From contig CAWEJX010000004.1 in NCBI GenBank assembly GCA_963809485.1, forward strand, positions 96,001-160,000: DNA of 64,000 bases, read 5' to 3'. Origin of the DNA: an uncultured Acidobacteriota bacterium. Lineage in GTDB: Bacteria; Acidobacteriota; UBA6911. Position numbers and translations under genes: made by a program. The notes below the pieces were generated by a model. It made no database searches, was not told the origin of the DNA, and worked only from the letters and a program-made list of their open reading frames with translations. Below are positions 20,950 to 31,402 of this stretch, in pieces. The number at the start of each line of letters is the position of its first letter. Within the stretch, counting starts at the first letter, position 1.

Positions 20950-21032
20950 TAAATGTCAGCGTTCATCGGCGCTTTTGTCAGCGTATATCTGCGTTACCAA
21001 ATCCGGGAACTGTTAAGCTTCATGCCCCCGGA
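20950..21032 (-). repeat. degenerate remnant of the MITE end
   Basis: TCGGCGCTTTTGTCAGCGTATATCTGCGTT...CTGTTAAGCTTCATGCCCCCGG resembles the element's CCCCCGG-hairpin end. Confidence 0.5.
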
Positions 21033-21124
21033 TGACCTTCTATCGAGTTTATGTGATCCGAGACCCATTGCAGAGTTGTGATGGAGTATCGATTCTTATA
21101 TCCTTGGATTCGAGGTGAGGATAT

Positions 21125-22138
21125 ATGAAGCGAATCGTGCTCGGAAATACAGGCATTGAAACCGTCAGGCTGGGATTCGGCGGCATCCCGATTCAAAGAG
21201 TCAGCGAAGCCCAGGCCATTGAAGTTATCCTGCACGCTCTGGAGAAGGGCATGGATTTTATCGATACCTCCAGGGTTTATACCAACAGCGAAACCAGGAT
21301 CGGCAAGGCGCTTAAAGAGACGGACAAAAAGGCCGTGATCGCAACAAAATCATTCAGCCGCTCGGCAGATGGGATCCGGAAAGACGTGGAAATCAGCCTC
21401 AAGGAGCTTCAGCTCGACTATATCGACCTGTATCAATGTCACGGCATCAGTGACCAGGAAGATTACGGGCGTATCACGTCACCGGGCGGCGCCCTGGCCG
21501 GGTTGCTCAAAGCCAGGGAACAGGGTCTGATTGGCCATATCGGGATTACGAGTCACAGCCTTGATTTGCTGGAAAGGGTGCTGGATGACGGCTTGTTTGA
21601 AACCATCATGATTTGCTTCAGTTTTCTCGAGCCCGCCGCCAGGGAAAAAGTAATTCCCATAGCCCATGATAAGAAGGTCGGGATCATTGCCATGAAGCCC
21701 TTTTCAGGCGGGGTTATCGAGGCACCCGAGGTAGCCCTGAAGTGGGCTTTGTCCTATCCCGATATCCTGGTGCTCACGGGCGTCGAGGAAAAGGCATACA
21801 TCGATCAAAACTGGAAGGTTTTTCAGGGCAGCTGTGAGATGACGGACGATGAGCGGCGGATTCTGGCGGTGATAAGCAAGGAGTATGACGGGAAATTCTG
21901 CCGACGCTGCGACTATTGCCTGCCCTGCCCTGAAGGGATCCCCATTCAGTTTGTTCTCGGCGTACGTTCCATGTTGAGGAGGATGGGTCCCGCCATAAAG
22001 CAAACGCCCATGTGGGGTAGCATGCGTGAAAAAGCCGCCGGCTGCACGGAATGCGGTGATTGTATGGGGAGATGCCCCTATAACCTTCCCATACCCGATT
22101 TGATCAAAGCCAATCTCGACTGGATCAATTCCGTCTAG
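21125..22138 (+). CDS. aldo/keto reductase with C-terminal 4Fe-4S domain
   Basis: LGFGGIPIQR; IDTSRVY; YIDLYQCH; CRRCDYCLPCP...CTECGDCMGRCP. Confidence 0.9.
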   Translation: MKRIVLGNTGIETVRLGFGGIPIQRVSEAQAIEVILHALEKGMDFIDTSRVYTNSETRIGKALKETDKKAVIATKSFSRSADGIRKDVEISLKELQLDYIDLYQCHGISDQEDYGRITSPGGALAGLLKAREQGLIGHIGITSHSLDLLERVLDDGLFETIMICFSFLEPAAREKVIPIAHDKKVGIIAMKPFSGGVIEAPEVALKWALSYPDILVLTGVEEKAYIDQNWKVFQGSCEMTDDERRILAVISKEYDGKFCRRCDYCLPCPEGIPIQFVLGVRSMLRRMGPAIKQTPMWGSMREKAAGCTECGDCMGRCPYNLPIPDLIKANLDWINSV

Positions 22139-22323
22139 CCCCATGTCTGCCCGGTATTTCGGGGCACGGCGTAACGGGCATGGATGCAACCGGCTATAGC
22201 CCGCAGGCTCCAGGCAAAAGAGAGTTGGCTGCGGCCAAAAGCAGGAGTTGGCAATCGTGCCAACGGGGCGCAGGCGGCATGCTTGCAACGATTCCGTGAA
22301 TAAACGGCATTCAAGGAGGACGT

Positions 22324-23187
22324 ATGATGCGGGCAATCACACTGTTTGCGCTGCTTGGCTGCACCTTGTCTTTGCGGGCGGAGACCGTCCCGATTAGCGC
22401 CGAGAAAGCCGCATGCACACGAGCGGGGCTCCAGCAGACCGTAAACCTATATCTGGATGCCCTGAAAAAAGGCAATCCCTCGCTTATGCCGCTTGCCGAG
22501 GGGGCGAGATACATCGAAAACAGGAAAGTGGTTCCGTTCGGCCAGGGCATCTGGCAAAGCCCCCTGGAGATTGATTTTCACCGCAGCCTGCTCGATGTCG
22601 AAACGTGCGAGACATTCACGGAGATAATCCACGCGAGCGGCAGTCACCCTTACGTTCTCGGTACACGCCTGAAAATACTAGACGACAAGATCGCTGAGGT
22701 TGAAGCCCTCGTCACCGACCAGGACGACTGGCTTTTCAACGCTTCAAACTACCTGAAATACTCCTCTCAGGAGAAGTGGGACATACTCCCCCCGGCACGG
22801 CGCAGCGATCGGGAGACTTTGCTTAAGGCGGCCAACGCCTATTTCGACGTGTTTTCGAATCCGGCATCCTCCTCCAATGTGCCGTGGGGCATCCCATGCG
22901 CCCGCCTTGAAGGAGGCGCATACACCAATCCCAAAGGCGAGCCCGATGCTTCCTGTACGGGCGGCCCGCCGCTGGAAGGCAGCGTCAAAATCGTCAACCG
23001 GCGCTTTATGGTCGACCTGGATATGGGAACCGTCGTCGGCCTGGTGGACTTTGGAGAAGAGAACGGCTGGCCCGATTCCCACATATTCCGCCTGGAAGAC
23101 GGGAAAATCCGATACGTTCACACACTGACCGTATGCCCCAATGGCTGCGCACTTCCTTCACCGAAGGAGTCAGCGAAACCTCAATAG
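22324..23187 (+). CDS. secreted protein with tandem SnoaL-like fold
   Basis: AAGGAGG RBS; signal peptide; YIEN...GQGIW; AANAYFD; CARLEGG; SHIFRLEDGKIRYVH. Confidence 0.7.
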   Translation: MMRAITLFALLGCTLSLRAETVPISAEKAACTRAGLQQTVNLYLDALKKGNPSLMPLAEGARYIENRKVVPFGQGIWQSPLEIDFHRSLLDVETCETFTEIIHASGSHPYVLGTRLKILDDKIAEVEALVTDQDDWLFNASNYLKYSSQEKWDILPPARRSDRETLLKAANAYFDVFSNPASSSNVPWGIPCARLEGGAYTNPKGEPDASCTGGPPLEGSVKIVNRRFMVDLDMGTVVGLVDFGEENGWPDSHIFRLEDGKIRYVHTLTVCPNGCALPSPKESAKPQ

Positions 23188-23235
23188 CCTTTTGCTGCTG
23201 CGCTCGACGTCGGGTTGTGTGTTTTTGCTGGAATA

Positions 23236-24057
23236 TCAGAACAGGATCATGCCCGCCAGAAAAACGGCAATGGCCACAGCGACTCCGAGAACTGCGTCCG
23301 CCGCATAGTGATAACGACCCAGCACCACTCCGATCGCAATGCTGACCGATATCCACATAAAGACCGCTCCAACCGGCGGTAAGAGGTAAAGCAGCACGAG
23401 CGAGACGGAAAATGCCGTTGCCACATGCGCGCTGGGGAAGGTGTTAACATGGATGCTTCCGTGGCGGAGTATCCAGAGATTAAGCTGGCGTATTCTTGTT
23501 GGCGGCAGGATCGATGGTTCGCCGTTGGTCAATATCCGTGGCGGTATAGTCCGGGCAAATGGCAAGGCCGCATTGCACAGATATGCCGCCGGCAGCACGA
23601 TGGCCCAAAACTCATCCGCGTGGCGTGCCATATGCGCGATATAGAGCACGCCCAAACCAAAAGGCAGAAGGGGATAGCAGAGCAGATAGGTCAGCTCAAA
23701 ATAGGCTGCCATCCATGAAGAAGCGCGTGCGCCCGGACGATATTTCCCGAACCACCCAAGAATTCTATGATCGAGCCGGATGAGACGGTTCTGGAGTACC
23801 CCGCTTGGAGTGGTGAAAAACAGACCTGACGCCCAATAGGCCACAAGGAAAAGGGGGGCAGGCAGCCAATCGCGGATCACGGAAGCCGGCAGGGGATGAA
23901 CAAGCCGGTCCAGGAACTGAACGCTCGAAAAAAGTGCAATCACTCCCAGCCCGAGGGCCGTAATTTTGGCCCGCCGATCGGGACGCAAGGGGCGCAGCCA
24001 GGCCAGCGCAATCAGAAACGCAAAAAAAAGGACATTGATCCATTCAGCTGCACGCAT
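23236..24057 (-). CDS. PAP2-family membrane phosphatase
   Basis: NTFPSAHVA and GRYHYAADAVLG motifs; multiple TM segments. Confidence 0.85.
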   Translation of the reverse strand: MRAAEWINVLFFAFLIALAWLRPLRPDRRAKITALGLGVIALFSSVQFLDRLVHPLPASVIRDWLPAPLFLVAYWASGLFFTTPSGVLQNRLIRLDHRILGWFGKYRPGARASSWMAAYFELTYLLCYPLLPFGLGVLYIAHMARHADEFWAIVLPAAYLCNAALPFARTIPPRILTNGEPSILPPTRIRQLNLWILRHGSIHVNTFPSAHVATAFSVSLVLLYLLPPVGAVFMWISVSIAIGVVLGRYHYAADAVLGVAVAIAVFLAGMILF

Positions 24058-24159
24058 GGCTCAATCCATACGCCGCCATGGGAAATGAATGCGGGCCGGG
24101 CAAAGTGTTTGACCGCATGGTATGTCTTCATGCGCCGCATCGGCGCAAAATGCCCTTGG

Positions 24160-25215
24160 CTATTTTTCGGGCGGATTCAGAGTGTATTTGCGCGTCATTC
24201 CCAGCGTAAACAGGATATACGGCCGGTCGATGCGATTGAATTGTATAGGACAATGCTTGAGGTTCGGCGGTACCCATATCAGGCTGCTTTGGGTGATAAG
24301 ATACTTCTCGCCGTTGAGCCAGAATTCGAGCTCTCCGCCCAGGTCGCCCGTGTTTCCCTTCCCCCCGGTACCGATAAATCCGAAAACTTCACCCCACGCG
24401 TGGCTGTGCTCCGGGTGGTTGGGGCCCTTTTCGGATCCTTTCCACATATATACAAAATCTATATACGGCGCCCCCTCGATGGAATCGAGGTCCAGAAGGC
24501 GGTCTCCTTCAGTGGTGGAGCTGTTCTTCTTTCCCATTTCAGCCCACTTCTTCAAGGTCTCAGGTGAGACTTTGTCGGGGTTGACTCCGTAAGAAATATA
24601 TTTGGCAAAGTTCCTTTCCTCGGCTTTGTCGGGTTTGAATTCGGTTGCGGTCCTGGAGTACTGGGTTGCCATTCCGCCGGTAAAGAAGAGAACGGGCGAG
24701 TCTATCCGGGTGAATCGGATCGGGCAGTGCCTCACTCCCTTCGGAACATAGATGAGGCAGCACTTGTTTATCATGTATTTCTCTCCGCCGAGCCACACCT
24801 CGATTTCCGAGCCCAGGTTCCGGAAATCCTTTTGCCCTTTGACCCCTATGAATCCAATGAATTCGTCGAAGTCATGGATATGCTCCTGTTCAGCGTAACC
24901 CTTGGCGGCACCCTCCCAAAGCCAATGGAAATCAAGATACGGAGCCCCTTCGGTCCGTGTCGTGTCCAGATTCAGAATCTGAGTCGATGGAACCATCGAC
25001 TGCTGAACCTTTTGTTCCTTGCGGATTTTCTCCAGCATCTCCGGAGAAATATCCAGAGGCTTGACGTCGGTGAAAATATACTTGGCATATTTCCTCTCCG
25101 CGCTTCGGTCCTGCGCAACCGCATTGTCTGACGGCCAAAGAACCAGGGCTGCGGAAACGGAGGTCAGGAGAATAAGCAAAACGGCCAATCCGATATATCG
25201 ATATGCTCTGCGCAT
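24160..25215 (-). CDS. exported tandem cupin-like protein
   Basis: signal/anchor sequence; two repeats (EHIHDFDE...HCPI and EHSHAWGE...HCPI), each homologous to 18163-18600. Confidence 0.75.
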   Translation of the reverse strand: MRRAYRYIGLAVLLILLTSVSAALVLWPSDNAVAQDRSAERKYAKYIFTDVKPLDISPEMLEKIRKEQKVQQSMVPSTQILNLDTTRTEGAPYLDFHWLWEGAAKGYAEQEHIHDFDEFIGFIGVKGQKDFRNLGSEIEVWLGGEKYMINKCCLIYVPKGVRHCPIRFTRIDSPVLFFTGGMATQYSRTATEFKPDKAEERNFAKYISYGVNPDKVSPETLKKWAEMGKKNSSTTEGDRLLDLDSIEGAPYIDFVYMWKGSEKGPNHPEHSHAWGEVFGFIGTGGKGNTGDLGGELEFWLNGEKYLITQSSLIWVPPNLKHCPIQFNRIDRPYILFTLGMTRKYTLNPPEK

Positions 25216-25618
25216 GGGGGATCCCTCCTCAAGAAAAATTAGCCTGTTTCTGGAGCCGTCCTGTGACGCATGGACCTTTCCGAGCAAGCATAATAAAAGG
25301 ACACTAAACCGATGTCCGTGCATCAATAGGCAATCGGACAGAAACAACAATGCTCTTTGAGGCATTTTTATCACGAATGCGCATCCTGCCGCAACACGGG
25401 AGACAGATAACCGGATTTGCAGGTCTACACCCGAAGCTGCTAGCCGATTTCCATGCGTCAGGCCCAGCGGGTTCTCGAGACTCCACGGTCCGGGGAAACA
25501 TAGTCAAAAAAATCGGCAGCGTCGTGAGATAATGCGCAGATACCGCTTGCTGTCCGCATCAAGGAGGCAAGAAGTGAAAAACGCCAGGAATCCCGGCTCA
25601 AGCTTGGAGGGTAATTCA

Positions 25619-27379
25619 ATGAAAGAGAAAGTTGCGTTCACATGCCTGAATCCTCAGGGTGCAGTCGATATCGCCGCTCCTGCGGGTCTGACCGCTCCCC
25701 GCGTCAAAGACCTGGCCGGCAAGAGAGTCGGCATTTTCTGGGATGGCAAAAAGGGCGGCGACAACTTCTGCATCGCGCTGGAAGAGGCTCTGAAAAGGAA
25801 ATATCCCACAGCCCGGTTCATCCGCCTCGTATGGGGAGACGTCGAGGCGGCGGAGAAAAGCAAAAACGAAGTGGACACATTTGTCTTTGGTGTCGGCGAT
25901 GCGGGAATGGGGGGATGGGGCCAGTGCCGGAATGTAATGGACCTGGAAAAACTCGGCAAACCCGGAATTTTTGTAGTGGGAGAGAATGCCATTCACACGG
26001 CAAGAATGTCGGCGCGCGACTCGGGAATGCCCGGATTGCGGATCGTGAGCCTGCCTTCCATAGATTATTACCCCAACCGCTCGACGGCAGACGGACTGAG
26101 ACCTGTGGTAGAGGCACGCATAAGCCTCATTATCGACGCCTTAACCAAACCCCTGACGCCCGAGGAGAAGAATCCATCTTTGATGCCGCAAAGAGAGTTT
26201 CCGGCAAAAGTCAGGATTTCCGCCGAGAGCTATGAATTCGCACTGGATGAGTTCAACCGGGTATACCTCGAAAACCATTGGGGGGACGGCTTACCCCTTA
26301 TTCCTCCCACAAAAAAAGCCGTCAAGCGGATGCTTTCGGGGACCAAACGTTCCCCGGACGAGATTCTGGGCAAGATCCCCTTCCGCAACGGAATTGCCAC
26401 GATCGGGAAGGTGGCTGTGAACGCAGTGATGGCGGGCGCCAGGCCGGAGTACCTGCCCGTGATCATCGCCGCTATCGAATGCCTTGCCGAGGAGGGCTCC
26501 TTTTCTCACATGATGAGTTCGGAGGGCTCGTTCACCCTGATGATCATGGTCAGCGGGCCTATCTGCAGCGAGATCAACATGAATTCCGGCGTGGGACTGT
26601 TGGGCCATGGATGGCAGGCCAACAATACCATCGGTCGTGCCGTAAGATTGTGCATGACGAACCTGGGATATCTATGGCCCGGAGAAATCGATATGGCCCT
26701 GATCGGCCGCCCTTCCTCGCACACTTTCTATACCTTCGCCGAAAACATGGAGCAGAGCCCCTGGGAATCATTCAACGCGGGCCTGGGTTACGGGCCTGAG
26801 GACAGCTGCGTAACGCTTTCCACGGTTGGCGGCGCCGGTGGATTGGGCATGAAGATATACGGCGGAGGCGTGGTGGAACCCTGGGATGCTGCGGAGGTCC
26901 TTCAAAGCATGGCTGAGGAAGTGGCCGGCGATAGGGCGATATTTGCGGCTTACAAACTGGGAGTCGCCAATTATTTCGCTCATTTCCGCAAGCACATCAT
27001 GATCATTCATCCCGAACTGGCGATCATGCTGCAGCGTCTCGGATACAAAACCAAACGCAGTTTGCGCGACTACTTTTACGAGAGCTCAAGAGTGCCGTTT
27101 GAAGAACTCACCCTGGATGAGGTCAAGGGCTTAAGAGACAGGATGAACACAAAGCCGGGCGGAGTGTTCTTTGCGAACGATTCGATTGCCGCAAGCCAGC
27201 TTCCGCTTTTTAAGGCAGCTCTCAAACCGGGCGGCAAAGTCCCGGTAGTGAACCCCGACGACATCCACCTGATTGTCTCCGGCAGCATACCGGGATATTC
27301 GTTCGGCATGTCGTATATGCGTTCGGCGCACAAAACAAAACGCATCCAGGGGGCCAAGTTAACACGGTCCGGCCGCTGA
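25619..27379 (+). CDS. UGSC-like protein lacking Sec/Cys (GVGD-A-GMG), cytoplasmic
   Basis: colinear with the three selenoproteins (LNP.G...APR...L.GK; W.DGLP.IPPT; VAVNAVMAGA.PEY.P; ANNTIGRA); GGAGG RBS; no signal peptide. Confidence 0.85.
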   Translation: MKEKVAFTCLNPQGAVDIAAPAGLTAPRVKDLAGKRVGIFWDGKKGGDNFCIALEEALKRKYPTARFIRLVWGDVEAAEKSKNEVDTFVFGVGDAGMGGWGQCRNVMDLEKLGKPGIFVVGENAIHTARMSARDSGMPGLRIVSLPSIDYYPNRSTADGLRPVVEARISLIIDALTKPLTPEEKNPSLMPQREFPAKVRISAESYEFALDEFNRVYLENHWGDGLPLIPPTKKAVKRMLSGTKRSPDEILGKIPFRNGIATIGKVAVNAVMAGARPEYLPVIIAAIECLAEEGSFSHMMSSEGSFTLMIMVSGPICSEINMNSGVGLLGHGWQANNTIGRAVRLCMTNLGYLWPGEIDMALIGRPSSHTFYTFAENMEQSPWESFNAGLGYGPEDSCVTLSTVGGAGGLGMKIYGGGVVEPWDAAEVLQSMAEEVAGDRAIFAAYKLGVANYFAHFRKHIMIIHPELAIMLQRLGYKTKRSLRDYFYESSRVPFEELTLDEVKGLRDRMNTKPGGVFFANDSIAASQLPLFKAALKPGGKVPVVNPDDIHLIVSGSIPGYSFGMSYMRSAHKTKRIQGAKLTRSGR

Positions 27380-27617
27380 CCGGAATTCCCTGTGGACTGT
27401 CGATGGGATGGGGGAAAACAGGTTTCCGCAACTGCTTCGAAATCCGAAACTGGACGGCTGGCTGCGGATCGGTGGGCGCCGGCGCCTTGTCCGCAGGCTT
27501 TAGCAGCATAATCGGGGTCGCATTCGTTTTCGGTATCGCTGCTGCTTCTCGTTTCCCGTTTTCGACCGCGACCCCAACTCCGAACGATTTGGGCGCTGGC
27601 AGCGCCCAAAATTCCAA

Positions 27618-27722
27618 GTCAGGCACCTCCGGCCTTGCCGGAGGCTTGAAAGATTTGAACCGCTCAAAGCGGTTGGACTAGTTACCCCGGTCTTGAACGC
27701 TGACTTACGCGGGCAAAAGCCG
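27618..27722 (-). mobile_element. IS200/IS605-type MITE copy 5 (one end only)
   Basis: GTCAGGCACCTCCGGCCTTGCCGGAGGCTTGAAAGATTTGAACCGCTCAAAGCGG...GGGCAAAAGCCG. Confidence 0.7.
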
Positions 27723-27739
27723 GAGGATTTTTGAGCAAA

Positions 27740-29545
27740 TCAGTCCGGAAGATGCGCTGCCTTGCCGGGAATCACGGGTATCGCCGTGAATTGATCCTGA
27801 TTTTGGAAAACGCCTATTGCCGTAAAGCTTCCGCCGCCTTGAGCCCGTATCACAATCGATCCTTTGTAGCGAAACTCGGAGTCATTGAGATCTTCATGGA
27901 GATAGCGGGCGACCTGCTGTCCGGGGGCAAGGCGAATCGTAATTCTGTCTTTGTCCAGCTTGCCCATCTGGTCGACGAGCCCGATCTTTATCGTGACGTT
28001 TCGCGACGTTGGGTTCGACAGTGCATACGAGGTTAATTGGCGCTGGCTGTAGTCGTCATAAACGGGAATCGTGGCATACTGCATCAGCGCGGATGGGAGC
28101 ACTCCGACGGCGCTGGTCAACACTTCGTCGATCACAAGTTTATACATCGATACGGCATAAACGGATCCTCCGGAACTCAGAATTTCGGCGGACCCCACCT
28201 TGACAGGATCCTCGGGATTCAGGGCTTCGGCAATCACAAAACCGACGCTTCCAGGGGCCAAATCAAAAGAGAACTCGGAATCGATCACGCTTACGGGATC
28301 GCTGCCGGGAAGGCTCCAGGTGGCATTGACTGCGAAGGGATTTCCCAGCTGATCAAAAAGCCTGAGGGTGGCCGAGGTGGTGTCCGCACCATTGTTACCA
28401 ATGGTGATCACCGTGGCGTACCCTCCGCCTGCAGCGAACTGCGAGAAAAATGTGGCGACGCCCAGCGCTCCCGACACCTTCCGTACCCTGTGATTTCCGG
28501 TGTCCGCAATGAGCAGATTACCCAAAACATCGGCGACGACTCCTACCGGGCCGTTGAGCCGGGCTGATGTTGCGGGGCCGCCATCCCCGGTGAAACCGAT
28601 TGCGCCCATGCCCGCAATAGTGGTGATGACACCCTCTGGCGTTACCTGGCGAACTGCGTTGTTATATGTGTCCGCGACGAGCACATTGCCCCACGCATCA
28701 AGCTTGACGCTGGATGGCGAATTCATTTCTGCGGAAATTGCGGGCCCCCCGTCGCCGCCGTAACCGAAGGAGGAACTGCCGGCAATGGTCGTGATAATTC
28801 CAGCCGGACTGACTTTGCGGATTCGATTGTTGAAGGTATCCGCAATATAAATGCTGCCGTCCGGACCAATTTCGACCCCAAAGGGAGCGTTGAGAAGAGC
28901 CGAGGTGGCCGGGCCTCCGTCTCCGTCGAAACCGCTGAGTGTACCTCCGGCCACGGTGCTTATAATTCCCGTGCGCGTCACTTTGCGAATGCGATTATTG
29001 AAGGTATCCGCTATATAGAGGTTGCCCTGCACATCGATATCTATACCGAAAGGATTGTTGAGCTGGGCTGATGTGGCGAGCCCTCCATCGCCGCTGAAAC
29101 CCGGTGTCCCCTTGCCGGCGACGGTTGTGATGATTCCCGACTGCGATATTTTGCGGATGCGGTTATTATAGCGGTCCGCCAAATAAAGGTTGCCGTCCGG
29201 GTCAAAGGCCAATCCGGAAGGAGCCGATAGTGCCGCCGACGTGGCCTGGCCTCCATCCCCGCTGAAACCCTGCATCCAGATGCCGGCTATGGTGCTGATC
29301 TTCCCGTCTGCCGTAAGCTTGCGGATGCGATGATTGAAGGTGTCCGCCAGATAGATATTTCCCGCGGGATCAACCTCAAGGCTCAACGGGCTGTTCAGCT
29401 CCGCAGAAAGGGCCGGAATGCCGTCGCCGTTATAGCCTTGCGCCCCGTTGCCGGCAATCGTGTTGATAACGGATGCTGCAAATACAGATGCACCGGCTAA
29501 CGCGATGCATAAAGCGGCTGCGCCGATTCTAAAAAATGTCTTCAT
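27740..29545 (-). CDS. secreted NHL-repeat (teneurin-like) beta-propeller protein
   Basis: about 6 repeats of GFSGDGGPATSA.LN.P.G...D..GN.YIADT.N.RIRKV; signal peptide; acidobacterial-type C-domain (FSQFAAGGGYAT). Confidence 0.9.
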   Translation of the reverse strand: MKTFFRIGAAALCIALAGASVFAASVINTIAGNGAQGYNGDGIPALSAELNSPLSLEVDPAGNIYLADTFNHRIRKLTADGKISTIAGIWMQGFSGDGGQATSAALSAPSGLAFDPDGNLYLADRYNNRIRKISQSGIITTVAGKGTPGFSGDGGLATSAQLNNPFGIDIDVQGNLYIADTFNNRIRKVTRTGIISTVAGGTLSGFDGDGGPATSALLNAPFGVEIGPDGSIYIADTFNNRIRKVSPAGIITTIAGSSSFGYGGDGGPAISAEMNSPSSVKLDAWGNVLVADTYNNAVRQVTPEGVITTIAGMGAIGFTGDGGPATSARLNGPVGVVADVLGNLLIADTGNHRVRKVSGALGVATFFSQFAAGGGYATVITIGNNGADTTSATLRLFDQLGNPFAVNATWSLPGSDPVSVIDSEFSFDLAPGSVGFVIAEALNPEDPVKVGSAEILSSGGSVYAVSMYKLVIDEVLTSAVGVLPSALMQYATIPVYDDYSQRQLTSYALSNPTSRNVTIKIGLVDQMGKLDKDRITIRLAPGQQVARYLHEDLNDSEFRYKGSIVIRAQGGGSFTAIGVFQNQDQFTAIPVIPGKAAHLPD

Positions 29546-30120
29546 CGAAAAAACTCCTTGCCTTGGGAACTCGGGGGATGAACGGTTGACAATTTCCACC
29601 CATGACTTCGCGTTTATAATACTTGTTTATGTTTTGGACGCAAGCAAGAACGGCTTATGCGCCAGTTTCTCTTCAGGCGGAGAGCAAGGGAAGCTGTCAG
29701 GAAGCAAAGGCTTTTCGCCCCGATAACGCATCAGCAAAACTCCGGTCTTGACGGGAGACTTCATAGAGTTTGGCTGCTTCGGGACCATGGGATCAGGAAA
29801 TCAGACATACGCTGAAAATAATGATGATGAACGTTCAGGACTTCATTTCAGTCAAGATAAGGATCAGCAGCCAAAGGACTCGAATCAGAGATGCATATTT
29901 TCTGCGACAGATGAATATTTTTTAAATGCACCTAATAAGTTCTTTATTATCAATGATATAATAATTTATCATCAAAAACTGATCCTCGATTGCCCTCCAA
30001 GTGTATATTGAATGCATACACCTGAAGCAAAACAGTAAACGGTTTATTCAACCCAAATAATCGTATAAATACTTTAATAATAATAACTTAGCCGTAATGG
30101 TCGAGCCTTTTGGAATGATT

Positions 30121-30136
30121 TGGCACGCAAAGTGCA
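30121..30136 (+). promoter_or_regulatory. sigma54 promoter (-24/-12) TGGCACGCAAAGTGCA
   Basis: GG-N10-GC spacing; AT-rich upstream region. Confidence 0.7.
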
Positions 30137-30199
30137 TTAATCAAGGACGTCATGAAAGAAGCAATAAATAAAATAAAAAATTCCTGGGAGGAAAAAGCG

Positions 30200-31381
30200 A
30201 TGTCACAGACACTATCAAAAACCGATGGGCTTAACGTGCTGGTGGTGGACGATGAAGAGGTTTTATGCCAGAGCGTGGAGAAAATCCTGAAAAGAAAAGG
30301 GCACAAGGTTGATATGGTAACCACTGTTGCCGATGCCTTGAAGCGCCTGGACGCCGGCAGCCGTTACGACCTTATCATTGCCGATCTGATGATGCCGCAA
30401 GCGGGCGGCTTGGATCTTCTGGCGGCTGTTCAGACAAGCTGGCCTGAACTTCCGGTGCTGATCATCACGGGCTTCTCTTCCATCGCGTCGGCAGTTGAGG
30501 CAACCAAGCTGGGTGCTGCCGGATACCTTCCCAAGCCGTTCACGCCAGATGAACTGGAACAGGCGGTCAGCGAGGTGCTTTTTCGGAACCCGGTGAAGTC
30601 CGAAGATCCGGAAACCGAATCCGATGAGATTCTTGACGTCGATATGCCGTTCAGCGTCAAAGAGCTTGAAAAGGCGACTTCCGCGAGCTATGTCGAGCGC
30701 CTGTCGAGATCGGATATGCCGATTGTCGCGGCCAAGCCGATGCCGGCCGAGGATTTCTGTTCGCTGGGCCAGCGCGCCTGCAAGAAGTTCCTGAAAAAGG
30801 GCGTCTGCCAGCAGGATGAATGCCCAATCGTTACCGCGGAAAGGAAGAAAGGGCGCGCCGCTGCGGCCACCGAGTACGTTTTCGATCCGATCGATGTGGA
30901 CATGCCTTTCAGCATCGCCGAATTGACAGCCCTCACCAGCGAAGCTTATGTCGCCGCGCTTGGGCGTTCCGACATGCCGATTGCAGGACATTGGGGACAG
31001 TTTGCTCCTTCGGCCCACAAGGTCCTCGTAGTGGACGACGAAGCCGTCGTGGTCAACAGCATCCGGAAGATTCTCACGAGAAAGGGTTTCGCCATTCAGG
31101 AGGCTTTCAGCTGCAAGGATGCGCTGGCCCAGGTTTTCGCGCAGGATTACGACCTCGTCCTGCTGGATATGAAGATGTCTGACGGCAACGGCCTCGATGT
31201 TCTGCAGAGAATAAAGGCCAAGAGACCCGATCTGCGCGTGGTCATCGTGACAGGGTACGCATCCATCGACACGGCCGTGGAAGCAATTCAGAAGGGTGCA
31301 AGCGACTACATGGCTAAGCCCTTCACCCCGGATGAGCTGTACACCGTGACCAACCGCGTACTTGGGACTGCCGCCGCATAA
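30200..31381 (+). CDS. response regulator with two receiver domains and a repeated/Cys-rich linker
   Basis: VLVVDDE...DLMMP...KPF twice; internal 31-aa repeat; CSLGQRAC...CQQDEC. Confidence 0.85.
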   Translation: MSQTLSKTDGLNVLVVDDEEVLCQSVEKILKRKGHKVDMVTTVADALKRLDAGSRYDLIIADLMMPQAGGLDLLAAVQTSWPELPVLIITGFSSIASAVEATKLGAAGYLPKPFTPDELEQAVSEVLFRNPVKSEDPETESDEILDVDMPFSVKELEKATSASYVERLSRSDMPIVAAKPMPAEDFCSLGQRACKKFLKKGVCQQDECPIVTAERKKGRAAAATEYVFDPIDVDMPFSIAELTALTSEAYVAALGRSDMPIAGHWGQFAPSAHKVLVVDDEAVVVNSIRKILTRKGFAIQEAFSCKDALAQVFAQDYDLVLLDMKMSDGNGLDVLQRIKAKRPDLRVVIVTGYASIDTAVEAIQKGASDYMAKPFTPDELYTVTNRVLGTAAA

Positions 31382-31402
31382 GGCATCATCGCAACGGCTC
31401 CG

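Noticed and set aside
27510-27612. GGGGTCG...CGACCCC and TTTGGGCGCTG-G-CAGCGCCCAAA hairpins
   Set aside because: Single occurrence between convergent genes; most simply a terminator or repeat remnant
28470-29470. Periodic DNA similarity
   Set aside because: Explained by the NHL protein repeats
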